In this document: positions 11,028-20,512 of the stretch, one piece after another
Position numbering within the stretch: the stretch's first letter is position 1
How the letters are laid out: every line of letters starts with the position of its first letter
Source of the DNA: an uncultured Bacteroidota bacterium
GTDB taxonomy: Bacteria > Bacteroidota > Ignavibacteria > UBA10030 > UBA6906
Assembly: GCA_963700635.1 (NCBI GenBank)
Contig: CAVOYH010000006.1
Coordinates: forward strand, 32,001 to 96,000
Direction of reading: 5' to 3'
Length of the DNA: 64,000 bases
Notes under the pieces: model-generated
What the model was told of the DNA's origin: nothing
What the model saw: the letters and a program-made list of their open reading frames with translations, nothing else
The model's database searches: none
Position numbers and translations under genes: made by a program

Positions 11028-11173
11028 CCGGATGCTGACTCACCCGGAATGTATCAACACGACGTTGCGACGATACCGTGATACCCCCGTACCCGGAAAA
11101 GATAACAGTTTCTCTACGGGATTTCTTTGCGTATATTCTTCATGACACATCACAACGACCCCGGGACCCGATT

Positions 11174-12538
11174 ATGCGCCTGACCACCGTTATTCTCACA
11201 GTTCTTCTTTTGTGCACACTTGGACGGACCAACCTGACCGCCCAGCAGTCATTTTCTCCGGAAGAGAAGGCCAGACTGGCGGCCGAGGTAAAGAGTGAAT
11301 TCCTCCACTGCTGGAATGCCTACAAGACCTACGCCTGGGGTCATGACGGGCTGAGACCCCTCAGCAAAACTCACTATGACTGGTACAGTGAGACGTTGCT
11401 GATGACGCCGCTGGATGCCATGGACACCATGATTCTTATGGGGCTTACCGAAGAAGCTGACAGCACCAGAGAGTACATTCTGAGAACACTTTCCTTCGAC
11501 AAAGACATTTATGTCTCGACATTCGAGATCACGATCCGGTCTCTGGGCGGACTCCTGTCAAACTATCAACTTACAGGAGACGAGCGACTCCTCCACATGG
11601 CAACCGACCTTGGCAACCGCTTGCTGCCGGCGTTTAATTCGCCGACCGGCTTTCCGTATGTGGAGGTGAACCTGAAAACCGGGGCCGGCAGGGGCACCAG
11701 GACAAACCCCGGCATGATCGGCACGCTCCTTGTCGAGTTCGGCACCCTGAGCATGCTCACCGGTGATTCCCGCTACTACAATTATGCGAAGAACGCACTC
11801 TTGAATGTTTACGAACGCCGTTCAGAAATAGGACTGGTGGGCGAGCAGATCGACTGTGAAACCGGCGAGTGGACAAAAACCGACAGCCATGTTACAGCGT
11901 GTATCGATTCATACTACGAATACCTCGTAAAATGCGCGCTCCTGTTTGACGACGAGGACTGCGCCATCATGTGGCGGGAGTCCTATATTGCGTTGCAGAA
12001 CTATATTGCGGACAGCGTGGCATCCGGGTTGTGGTACGGCCACGCTGACATGACAACCGGCCAGCGGGGAAAAACCTGGTTCGGAGCCCTGGACGCGTTT
12101 TTGCCGGCTGTGCTCGTCCTTGCTGGCGATGAACAGGGCGCCGCGGCGCTCCAGGAGTCATGTCTTAAAATGTGGCAACGGCACGGGATCGAACCGGAGA
12201 CCTTCGACTATGTGAAGATGGAGGCCGTCTCACCCAGATTCTTCCTTAATCCCGAGATCGTGGAATCGGCATATTACCTGTACCAGCGGACCAAGAACCC
12301 GCGGTATCTTGAGATGGGAAAGATCTTTCTGGACAGTCTGAAGACGTATTGCCGCACGGACGCCGGCTACGCAGAGTTAAAAAGTGTTATCACAAAAGAG
12401 AAATCGGACCGGATGGAGAGTTATTTTCTCGCGGAGACAATGAAGTACTTCTATCTGCTCTTTGCGCCCGATGAGACACTTGACTTCTCCAACGTGATCT
12501 TCAACACGGAAGCACACCCGATTCGGAGGACCTGGTAG
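11174..12538 (+). CDS. GH47 alpha-1,2-mannosidase-family protein, secreted
   Basis: YAWGHD.L.P, FEITIRSLGGLLS, DSYYEY, MESYFLAETMKY, FNTEAHP; Sec signal peptide. Confidence 0.9.
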   Translation: MRLTTVILTVLLLCTLGRTNLTAQQSFSPEEKARLAAEVKSEFLHCWNAYKTYAWGHDGLRPLSKTHYDWYSETLLMTPLDAMDTMILMGLTEEADSTREYILRTLSFDKDIYVSTFEITIRSLGGLLSNYQLTGDERLLHMATDLGNRLLPAFNSPTGFPYVEVNLKTGAGRGTRTNPGMIGTLLVEFGTLSMLTGDSRYYNYAKNALLNVYERRSEIGLVGEQIDCETGEWTKTDSHVTACIDSYYEYLVKCALLFDDEDCAIMWRESYIALQNYIADSVASGLWYGHADMTTGQRGKTWFGALDAFLPAVLVLAGDEQGAAALQESCLKMWQRHGIEPETFDYVKMEAVSPRFFLNPEIVESAYYLYQRTKNPRYLEMGKIFLDSLKTYCRTDAGYAELKSVITKEKSDRMESYFLAETMKYFYLLFAPDETLDFSNVIFNTEAHPIRRTW

Positions 12539-12540
12539 CC

Positions 12541-12993
12541 GTGCGACGACCACTCGGTGCTGAAGACGAAGCGCGGCAATTGATGACCCTCTTCGGGGGT
12601 GATGCACATCTTGCGGCCAGCCTGGACTTCCTGCGCCATCATTTTGATGTTATTCAGGCGCGATCTCAGCTCCTGCTGACGCTCGCGACGCTGGCCCTGA
12701 CGATCACCGGTTTTTCCGGACCGAAGATCGCCCAGACAAATCTGTTCGCACGGTACAGTATGGCACTCGGCATTGTGTTTGTACTTTCCGCGGTTGTTAT
12801 TCTGCTGATCGGCGGACTGCGTGTCCGCTGGACATCTCAACTCCTCGGCGGAACGGGAGAAGAATCGCTGATCCGGATTATCCGCTACCGCAACCACAAG
12901 ACCCGGCTATACTTCCTTGAACTTGGACTTCTGGTGATCGGCCTCACCGCCTATGTAGCGAGTGTCGTCACGTACCTGCTCTATGGACTGTAG
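12541..12993 (+). CDS. hypothetical membrane protein with about 3 TM helices
   Basis: 150 aa ORF packed 2 nt after GH47, with three hydrophobic stretches. Confidence 0.65.
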   Translation: MRRPLGAEDEARQLMTLFGGDAHLAASLDFLRHHFDVIQARSQLLLTLATLALTITGFSGPKIAQTNLFARYSMALGIVFVLSAVVILLIGGLRVRWTSQLLGGTGEESLIRIIRYRNHKTRLYFLELGLLVIGLTAYVASVVTYLLYGL

Positions 12994-13049
12994 CCCCTCT
13001 GCATGCTGAACTACGATTATCGGTTCATTCCTCAAGAAAGGGTGTGTTC

Positions 13050-14045
13050 ATGAGACTTCGCGCGCTTCCGCTGCTCATGCTCGTCTGTATTCTCTTCATT
13101 GCCGGTTGCGGCAAACGGGAGGGAGACACGCAACGACCTACCACGATCGCCGTGATCCCCAAAGGAACCACGCACGAATTCTGGAAATCCATCCATGCCG
13201 GCGCGGTGAAGGCCTCCCGTGAACTTCAGGTGGACATTATCTGGAAGGGCCCGCTCCGCGAAGATGACCGTGAGGCCCAGATCTCCGTTATGGAAGACTT
13301 TTTAAGCCGCGGCGTGTCAGGCATCGTCCTTGCCCCGCTTGACGACATTGCCTTGCGCGGATCGGTCGCCAACGCCGTCCGTTCGGGTATTCCGGTCGTG
13401 ATTATCGATTCCGACCTGAAAAGCGACGACTATACCAGTTTTGCCGCAACGGACAATTACCTCGGGGGGAAAATTGGCGGACAGGAACTTGCACGTCTCC
13501 TCAACGGCAAAGGACGTGTCATCATGCTGCGCTGCCTTGAGGGCTCGGCAAGCACCGTACACCGGGAACAGGGTTTTCTGGACGCCATGGCGGCAGCGCC
13601 GGGCATCACCATCGTCAGCTCCAATCAATACGGTGGGGCGACCGTGGAAACCGCCTACCGGGCAAGCGAAAACCTCCTTGCTCCGCTCAAGAACGCGCGC
13701 GGCGAACTGACCATCGACGGCATTTTCACGCCCAATGAATCTACCACGTTCGGCATGCTGCGCGCGTTGCAGGATGGCGGTCATGCCGGACGTGTACGCT
13801 TCGTCGGGTTCGACAGCTCGACCAAACTGGTTGAAGCCCTTCGTAATAAACAGCTGGATGCCCTTGTCCTCCAGAATCCCTTTGCCATGGGATACCTCGG
13901 CGTCAAAACCATGGTTGCCCATCTCCGCGGCGAAAAGGTGGAAAAGCGGATTGACACCGGCGTGAGTCTGGTAACCTCTTCTATCATGGATCAACCGGAA
14001 ATCAAAGAATTGCTCCAACCCGATCTGGCGAAATGGCTGGAATGA
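13050..14045 (+). CDS. sugar ABC transporter substrate-binding lipoprotein (RbsB-like)
   Basis: Lipobox IAGC; IPKGTTHEFW, ATDNY.GG, VGFD, QNPFAMGY. Confidence 0.9.
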   Translation: MRLRALPLLMLVCILFIAGCGKREGDTQRPTTIAVIPKGTTHEFWKSIHAGAVKASRELQVDIIWKGPLREDDREAQISVMEDFLSRGVSGIVLAPLDDIALRGSVANAVRSGIPVVIIDSDLKSDDYTSFAATDNYLGGKIGGQELARLLNGKGRVIMLRCLEGSASTVHREQGFLDAMAAAPGITIVSSNQYGGATVETAYRASENLLAPLKNARGELTIDGIFTPNESTTFGMLRALQDGGHAGRVRFVGFDSSTKLVEALRNKQLDALVLQNPFAMGYLGVKTMVAHLRGEKVEKRIDTGVSLVTSSIMDQPEIKELLQPDLAKWLE

Positions 14046-15571
14046 GTGTCGCGCCTTCCCCCCCACGTTTTGGGATGCAGGGGATCACGAGGAGTTTCGG
14101 GGCGACAAAGGCGCTTGATGGAGTCGACTTCGCCGTTCGCGCGGGAGAGATTCATGCCCTGGTCGGCGAGAACGGGGCGGGCAAGAGCACACTGATGAAG
14201 ATTCTCTCGGGTGCTCTCCGCCCTGATGCGGGGACCATGACCCTTGACGGGATCCCCTTCGCACCGCAGTCTACACACGAAGCGCGGCATGCCGGTGTCG
14301 CGATGATCTACCAGGAACTCTCGCTCGCGCCTCACCTCCCCGTCGAAGACAATGTGATGCTGGGCATGGAACCCCGCGTGTACGGCCTGCGTGACCGCGC
14401 GGCTATCCGCTCACGGGCTCACGAAGCCCTGGAGATGCTCGGGTACGGATCGCTTGACACCCGCGTCCGGGTCAGCGCTCTTCCGATTGCAACCCGGCAG
14501 ATTGTCGAAATCGCCCGCGCACTCGCCGTCGGTTGCCGGATCCTGGTCCTTGACGAGCCAACAAGCAGTCTGACGCTCGCTGACATCGAGCGGCTCTTTA
14601 CGGTCCTCAGAGAACTGCGCGCCAAGGGGCACGCGATCGTGTATATTTCTCACTTTCTCGAAGAAGTCAAACGTGTCGCAGACCGGTTCACCGTCCTGCG
14701 CGACGGAAAAACTGTCGGATCCGGCGTCGCCGCCGAATGCTCTGTGCATGATCTTGTCGGAATGATGATCGGCAGACGGTTGGAGCAGCTCTATCCCCGT
14801 TCGCCCCGCACACCGGGGGAGGTAGTCTTCTCTGCTGATCATCTCGCCGCCTCGCCGAAACCGCTCGACGCGACGTTCACTCTCTGCCGGGGGGAAATCC
14901 TCGGTCTGGCCGGTCTCGTAGGAGCAGGGCGAACAGAGCTTCTGCGTACGCTCTTCGGACTCTCCCCCGTTGTCCGGGGAGAAATCCAGCTTCACGTACA
15001 CCGGGGCTGGGCCGACCCGACGACCCGCTGGCAACAGGGTGCGGGTATGGTGAGCGAAGACAGGGGGAGTGAAGGACTCGCCGTGGCTTTGAGTGTCGCG
15101 GACAACATCACCATGAATCTCTCCCGTGACGCGGGACCTCTGGGAATAGTCCGGCCCGGCCGCATCCAGGCCACAGCACAACGGTGGATTGACATGTTTG
15201 GCATCCGGGCGCGCAGTCCGGCGCAGGAAATCCGGACGCTCTCCGGAGGAAACCAGCAGAAAGTCGCCCTGGCACGCCTTCTGCACCAGGATGTGGATGT
15301 CCTGCTTCTGGACGAACCCACACGGGGCATTGACGTGGCCAGCAAATCCCAGGTTTACGAACTGATCGACCGCCTCGCCACAGGGGACGTTGCGACATCA
15401 ACGCCTCCCAAAGCCATCCTGCTGGTCAGCAGCTATCTCCCCGAACTGCTCGGCGTGTGCGACCGGATAGCCGTCATGCACCGCGGGCGACTCGGACCGG
15501 CTCGGCCGGTCGGTGAATGGAGTGAACATACTCTTCTGCTTGCAGCGACAGGTCAGGATACCTCATCATGA
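14042..15571 (+). CDS. sugar ABC transporter ATP-binding protein (RbsA-like, two NBDs)
   Basis: GENGAGKST, LDEPT, LSGGNQQK, DEPTRGID. Confidence 0.95.
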   Translation: MSVAPSPPRFGMQGITRSFGATKALDGVDFAVRAGEIHALVGENGAGKSTLMKILSGALRPDAGTMTLDGIPFAPQSTHEARHAGVAMIYQELSLAPHLPVEDNVMLGMEPRVYGLRDRAAIRSRAHEALEMLGYGSLDTRVRVSALPIATRQIVEIARALAVGCRILVLDEPTSSLTLADIERLFTVLRELRAKGHAIVYISHFLEEVKRVADRFTVLRDGKTVGSGVAAECSVHDLVGMMIGRRLEQLYPRSPRTPGEVVFSADHLAASPKPLDATFTLCRGEILGLAGLVGAGRTELLRTLFGLSPVVRGEIQLHVHRGWADPTTRWQQGAGMVSEDRGSEGLAVALSVADNITMNLSRDAGPLGIVRPGRIQATAQRWIDMFGIRARSPAQEIRTLSGGNQQKVALARLLHQDVDVLLLDEPTRGIDVASKSQVYELIDRLATGDVATSTPPKAILLVSSYLPELLGVCDRIAVMHRGRLGPARPVGEWSEHTLLLAATGQDTSS

Positions 15572-16536
15572 AACGTTTTTCATCGCTCGCACAGGCTCTC
15601 GGACCGCTCGCCGGCCTCCTGCTTATCTTCGCCCTTTTTGCTGTCATCGGTCCGGAGAGTTTCTCCTCGGCGAACAACCTGGAGACGATTGCCCGGCAAA
15701 CAGCCATTGTCGGCACGGCCGCGCTGGGTATGACGCTGATCATTATCAGCGGCGGCATTGATCTTTCGGTGGGATCCATCATTGCTTTCGTCACCGTAGT
15801 GATCGCCGCGTTGCTCCAGGCCGGTGTTGATCCGTTTCTTGCGGCGGCGGGCGGAGCGGCCGCTGGTGTTCTCTGCGGCTATGTCAACGGTTTCCTTATC
15901 ACGCGGTTCAGGGTCGTCCCGTTTATCGTGACTCTCGGCACGCTCCTTGTCGTGCGGGGCGCCGCCAAAGGATTCGCACGCGAACAGAAAATCGATGCAC
16001 CGCTGACCTGGCTCATGGATCTTCTCGCCGCTCTCCCACCCGGAGAGGGGTGGCAGATTGTCCCGTGGGGAGTCTGGCTGACCATCGCTCTCGCCTTTCT
16101 CGTCGCCGGGATACTGATCTACACACGTCTGGGCCGGCACATTATCGCCATCGGATCCAATGAACAGACCGCACGCTTGTGCGGCGTCCCTGTGGATCGT
16201 GTGAAGGTTATTGTCTATGCTCTGGGTGGTCTCTTCGCGGGCGTGGCCGGGGTCTTGCAGTTTTCACGGTTAACAGTCGGTGACCCCACCGTTGCCATGG
16301 GCGTCGAACTTGACGTTATTGCGGCAGTTGTTATAGGAGGCGGAAGTCTCTCCGGAGGTGAAGGATCCATCGCAGGGACAATTGTCGGCGCACTCATCAT
16401 GACAGTTATCCGATCCGGCTGCGCGCAAATGGGTCTCCCAAACTGGGTTCAGGAAATGGTCACGGGCGGCATCATCGTCGTCGCGGTCGCCCTTGACCGG
16501 TGGCGTCAACGCCGCAAAGCTTCCGCGGCGGCATAA
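15568..16536 (+). CDS. sugar ABC transporter permease (RbsC-like)
   Basis: GGIDLSVGS, PFIVTLG, AIGSNEQTARLCG, ELDVIAAVVIGG. Confidence 0.95.
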   Translation: MKRFSSLAQALGPLAGLLLIFALFAVIGPESFSSANNLETIARQTAIVGTAALGMTLIIISGGIDLSVGSIIAFVTVVIAALLQAGVDPFLAAAGGAAAGVLCGYVNGFLITRFRVVPFIVTLGTLLVVRGAAKGFAREQKIDAPLTWLMDLLAALPPGEGWQIVPWGVWLTIALAFLVAGILIYTRLGRHIIAIGSNEQTARLCGVPVDRVKVIVYALGGLFAGVAGVLQFSRLTVGDPTVAMGVELDVIAAVVIGGGSLSGGEGSIAGTIVGALIMTVIRSGCAQMGLPNWVQEMVTGGIIVVAVALDRWRQRRKASAAA

Positions 16537-16545
16537 AGGTATACC

Positions 16546-17697
16546 ATGCACAATCAACCGCATCGGCAACAGAAAACCGCTCCCATAAAATTTTCCGGCA
16601 TTCTTGAGGTGGACACCCGGGGCGGCGGATTCGTCCGGAGCCGTTCTCTGACACTCGAACCGCGCCGCGAAGATGTCCACGTAACTCCCCGCCAGTTGCG
16701 GGACAATAGTCTTCGACCCGGTGTGGTGTTGGAGGGTGAGGCACGGCAGGGACGAAACCCACACCCGGTGATGGAAGAACTTCATACCATCAACGACCGG
16801 ACACCGCGGGCCTGGGCCTCCGTTCCGGAATTCGGATCACATGAGGTCATCTCTCCCCATGAATGGATCCAGCTGGAAGGCAAGGATACAACCGTCACGG
16901 GTCGCCTCGGCGAACGACCCATGCGGATTGTCGATCTTTTTTGCCCCATCGGCAAAGGGCAGCGTGCGTTGATCGTCTCCCCGCCAAAAGCCGGCAAGAC
17001 CATGCTGATGCAACAGCTTGCCCATGCCATCAGCCGCAACTACCCGGCCATCGAACTGGCCGTCCTCCTCATTGACGAACGCCCGGAAGAGGTAACGGAC
17101 ATGCGGCGCACCATCAAAGGGGAAGTGTTTGCCAGCTCCAGTGACAGCGAACGCGGACTGCACGTGCGCCTTGCCCAGCTGGTCCTTGAGTACGCGAAAC
17201 GCAAAGTTGAAACAGGCAAGGATGTGGTGGTGCTGCTGGATTCCCTCACGCGGCTCGGCCGCGCATTTAATATCCATCAACGTAGCAGCGGCCGGACAAT
17301 GTCGGGAGGGGTCGACGCCAGAGCGCTGGAGATCCCAAAACGGATATTCGGTGCCGCGAGGAAGATCGAGGGAGGGGGGTCGCTTACCATGATTGCCACC
17401 GCGCTGATCCAGACGGAATCGCGCATGGACGAGCTTATCTTCCAGGAGTTTAAAGGGACGGGAAACATGGAGCTCGTTCTTGACCGCGAACTGGCAGACG
17501 AACGTATTTTCCCCGCCATCAATATCGGGCTTTCAGGAACCCGCCGCGAGGAACTGCTGTTCGCCGATGCGGTGTACCGCCACCAGGATCTCCGGCGTGC
17601 GATCAGCAGAATGCGTCCGCGCGAAGCAATGCGGGCGATCCATAAGTTGCTGGAACAGTATCCCACGAACGCGGACGTCCTGGCCAAGTTCGAGTAA
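16546..17697 (+). CDS. rho: transcription termination factor Rho, short form (383 aa)
   Basis: PIGKGQR, PPKAGKT, LLIDERPEEVTDM, DSLTRL, EFKGTGNME, SGTRREE. Confidence 0.9.
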   Translation: MHNQPHRQQKTAPIKFSGILEVDTRGGGFVRSRSLTLEPRREDVHVTPRQLRDNSLRPGVVLEGEARQGRNPHPVMEELHTINDRTPRAWASVPEFGSHEVISPHEWIQLEGKDTTVTGRLGERPMRIVDLFCPIGKGQRALIVSPPKAGKTMLMQQLAHAISRNYPAIELAVLLIDERPEEVTDMRRTIKGEVFASSSDSERGLHVRLAQLVLEYAKRKVETGKDVVVLLDSLTRLGRAFNIHQRSSGRTMSGGVDARALEIPKRIFGAARKIEGGGSLTMIATALIQTESRMDELIFQEFKGTGNMELVLDRELADERIFPAINIGLSGTRREELLFADAVYRHQDLRRAISRMRPREAMRAIHKLLEQYPTNADVLAKFE

Positions 17698-17734
17698 CCG
17701 TTTCCGTACACACGACAACATCTGGAATACTCTC

Positions 17735-20497
17735 ATGCGCCGTCATCCTCTCGCCGTTTTGCTCTGTCTGATTCTGACTTCAACTACTGTTCTCTCTGCC
17801 GTCGGCAAGAAGCCTCTGAGCCACGATGTGTACGACGGCTGGAAGAAGATCACCGGAGAAACGATCTCCCATAATGGCAACTGGGTGCTGTATGTCATCG
17901 AGCCCCAGGAGGGTGACGCGGCTCTCGTGCTCCACAATCTCCGCACTCATGTACGCGATACCGTGCAACGCGGAACCAGCCCCCGAATCTCATTCGATTC
18001 CCGGTTCGCCGCATTCTTGATCAAGCCGACTTTCGCTGAAGTCAAGGAGGCAAAAAAGGCCAAGAAAAAACCCGACGAGATGCCGAAGGATACCCTTGCG
18101 CTTCTTGAACTCGGCGCCGATTCCCTGATCCGTATTCCCCGCGTGAAGTCCTTTACGTTCCCCGAAAAGGGAGCTGACTGGATCGCCTACCAATTGGAAA
18201 AAGACCGGGCCAAAGCTGACTCGGCAAAAAAGGAGACAATCCTGGTTGTCCGCCGGCTCACCGACGGCCGGGAGCACAGGTTCCCCGCTGTCACGGAATT
18301 TTCTTTCAGCAAGCCCGGCAATGGAGTCGTGTTCTCCTCGGCAGGAGACAGTGTCTCCGTACCGGGAGTCTTTCTGTTTTCGACACCGTCGTCTACGGTT
18401 GATACCCTCACTCTTGGGAAAGGCACGTATACACAGCTCACCTTCGACGATAACGGCGGACAAATCGCTTTCCTTGCCGACCGCGACACCGCCAAGGGGA
18501 AACAGCGCTATTTTTCACTCCACTACTGGCGCCCCGGGAGCGACTCTGCGACGGTTGTGGCGGATACGTCAACGCCGGGTCTGCCGGAACGGTGGCTTGT
18601 CAGCGAACACAAAACTCCACATTTTTCCAAAAGGGGCACACGACTTTTTTTTGGAACCGCGCCGGTTCCCATGCCCGAGGATACAACACTCACTGACGAG
18701 GAAACCGCCAAACTCGACGTCTGGAATTGGCAGGATGAGTTTATTCAAACGCATCAACTGAAGAGTCTCGAGCAGGAACAGAAACGGTCCTATCTCGCAG
18801 TCCTCGACGTCTCCACCCGGCAATTTATCCAACTCGGAACGCCGGACGTTCCGTCAGTCACCGCAGGCAACGAAGGCGACGCCGACTTCGCCCTCGGGCT
18901 TTCCAATGTTCCCTACCGGAAACTTGTCTCGTGGGAAGACACGCCGTTTTACGATGTGTACCTCATTGACCTTCGTGATGGTGCGCAGTCCGGGGCGCTC
19001 CAGAAGGTGAAAGGGACACCTGCCCTCTCACCTGATGCCCGGTACATCATCTGGTATGAGATGGAGAGGAAACAATGGTCCACGATTTCCACATCATCCC
19101 GGACAAAAGCGGTCATCACTCGGAATATCAAAGTCCCCCTCTTTAATGAGCTCTCGGACGTTCCCGACGATCCCGGGTCGTACGGTATCGCTTCCTGGAC
19201 AGCCAATGATTCCACGGTGCTGCTCTACGACCGGTTCGATATCTGGTCTGCCGACCCCGCGGGAAAGAATCCGGCAGTGTGCCTTACCGCCGGACGGGGG
19301 CGGGCGACCACAACGAGTTATCGGTATCTGCGTTTGGATCCCGACGAGCGATTCCTCACACCCGGCGCCCTTCTGCTCCTGAAGATGTTTAACAGTACCA
19401 CAAAGGACGCGGGATATGCGCGTATGGCGCTCGCGGGTGTTCAGCATCCGGTGGAACTTCTCGGCGGCGCTTTTGATCTGACCACACCCAGAAAGGCAAA
19501 ACACGACAGCACTTTTGTCTTTCAGAAGGGCTCGTACGCTCATTCACCTGACCTCTATGCGGCCGGTGCAGACTTCCGCGCTCCGGTACGGCTGAGCGAT
19601 GCTAATCCCCAGCAGCAGGACTATCTCTGGGGAACGGTCGAACTGGTCCACTGGAAAACGGCCGACGGGACGTCACTTGCCGGACTGCTGTACAAACCGG
19701 CCGAGTTTGATCCGAAGAAGAGATACCCGATGATTGTGTACTATTATGAACGGATGTCAGATTTGTTGCATCGGTATTTTGCTCCGCAACCCAGCGCATC
19801 CACCATCAACCCCACATATTGTGCGAGCAACGGTTATCTGGTCTTTATGCCCGACATACGCTACAAGGTCGGGTATCCCGGGCAGAGCGCCTTGGACTGT
19901 ATCGTCCCGGGGGTAAAAAAACTGATAGCGGCCGGGTTTGTGGATCCCGCGCGGATCGGGTTGCAGGGGCAGAGCTGGGGAGGGTATCAAACAGCCTTTC
20001 TCATAACGCGGACAGGGATGTTCCGCGCCGCGATGGCAGGTGCGCCCGTTTCGAATATGACCTCGGCGTACGGCGGGATCCGATGGGAAAGCGGTCTGAG
20101 CCGGATGTTCCAGTACGAACGAAATCAGAGCCGGATCGGCGGCACGCTCTGGGAAAAGCGCGATCTCTATATTGAGAATTCTCCTTTGTTCGCCGCTGAC
20201 CGTGTAACCACACCGTTGCTTATCATGCACAATGACGCCGATGGAGCGGTCCCCTGGTATCAGGGAATCGAGCTGTTCACCGCGCTCCGCCGCCTCAACA
20301 AACCAGTCTGGATGCTGACCTATACAAACGAGGCCCACAATCTGGTCCAGCGAAAGAACCGCAAGGATCTATCCATCCGCCTGATGCAGTTCTTTGATCA
20401 CTACCTGAAAGACGCCCCGGCCCCGGTCTGGATGAGCAAAGGTATCCCCGCGCTCCACAAGGGGAAAACGCTGGGCCTTGAACTGGATACACCATAG
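17735..20497 (+). CDS. S9-family (prolyl oligopeptidase/acylaminoacyl peptidase-like) exported serine peptidase
   Basis: Signal peptide, beta-propeller region, GQSWGG nucleophile, HNDADGAV (Asp), EAHN (His). Confidence 0.9.
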   Translation: MRRHPLAVLLCLILTSTTVLSAVGKKPLSHDVYDGWKKITGETISHNGNWVLYVIEPQEGDAALVLHNLRTHVRDTVQRGTSPRISFDSRFAAFLIKPTFAEVKEAKKAKKKPDEMPKDTLALLELGADSLIRIPRVKSFTFPEKGADWIAYQLEKDRAKADSAKKETILVVRRLTDGREHRFPAVTEFSFSKPGNGVVFSSAGDSVSVPGVFLFSTPSSTVDTLTLGKGTYTQLTFDDNGGQIAFLADRDTAKGKQRYFSLHYWRPGSDSATVVADTSTPGLPERWLVSEHKTPHFSKRGTRLFFGTAPVPMPEDTTLTDEETAKLDVWNWQDEFIQTHQLKSLEQEQKRSYLAVLDVSTRQFIQLGTPDVPSVTAGNEGDADFALGLSNVPYRKLVSWEDTPFYDVYLIDLRDGAQSGALQKVKGTPALSPDARYIIWYEMERKQWSTISTSSRTKAVITRNIKVPLFNELSDVPDDPGSYGIASWTANDSTVLLYDRFDIWSADPAGKNPAVCLTAGRGRATTTSYRYLRLDPDERFLTPGALLLLKMFNSTTKDAGYARMALAGVQHPVELLGGAFDLTTPRKAKHDSTFVFQKGSYAHSPDLYAAGADFRAPVRLSDANPQQQDYLWGTVELVHWKTADGTSLAGLLYKPAEFDPKKRYPMIVYYYERMSDLLHRYFAPQPSASTINPTYCASNGYLVFMPDIRYKVGYPGQSALDCIVPGVKKLIAAGFVDPARIGLQGQSWGGYQTAFLITRTGMFRAAMAGAPVSNMTSAYGGIRWESGLSRMFQYERNQSRIGGTLWEKRDLYIENSPLFAADRVTTPLLIMHNDADGAVPWYQGIELFTALRRLNKPVWMLTYTNEAHNLVQRKNRKDLSIRLMQFFDHYLKDAPAPVWMSKGIPALHKGKTLGLELDTP

Positions 20498-20512
20498 ACT
20501 GAGAACGATGAG

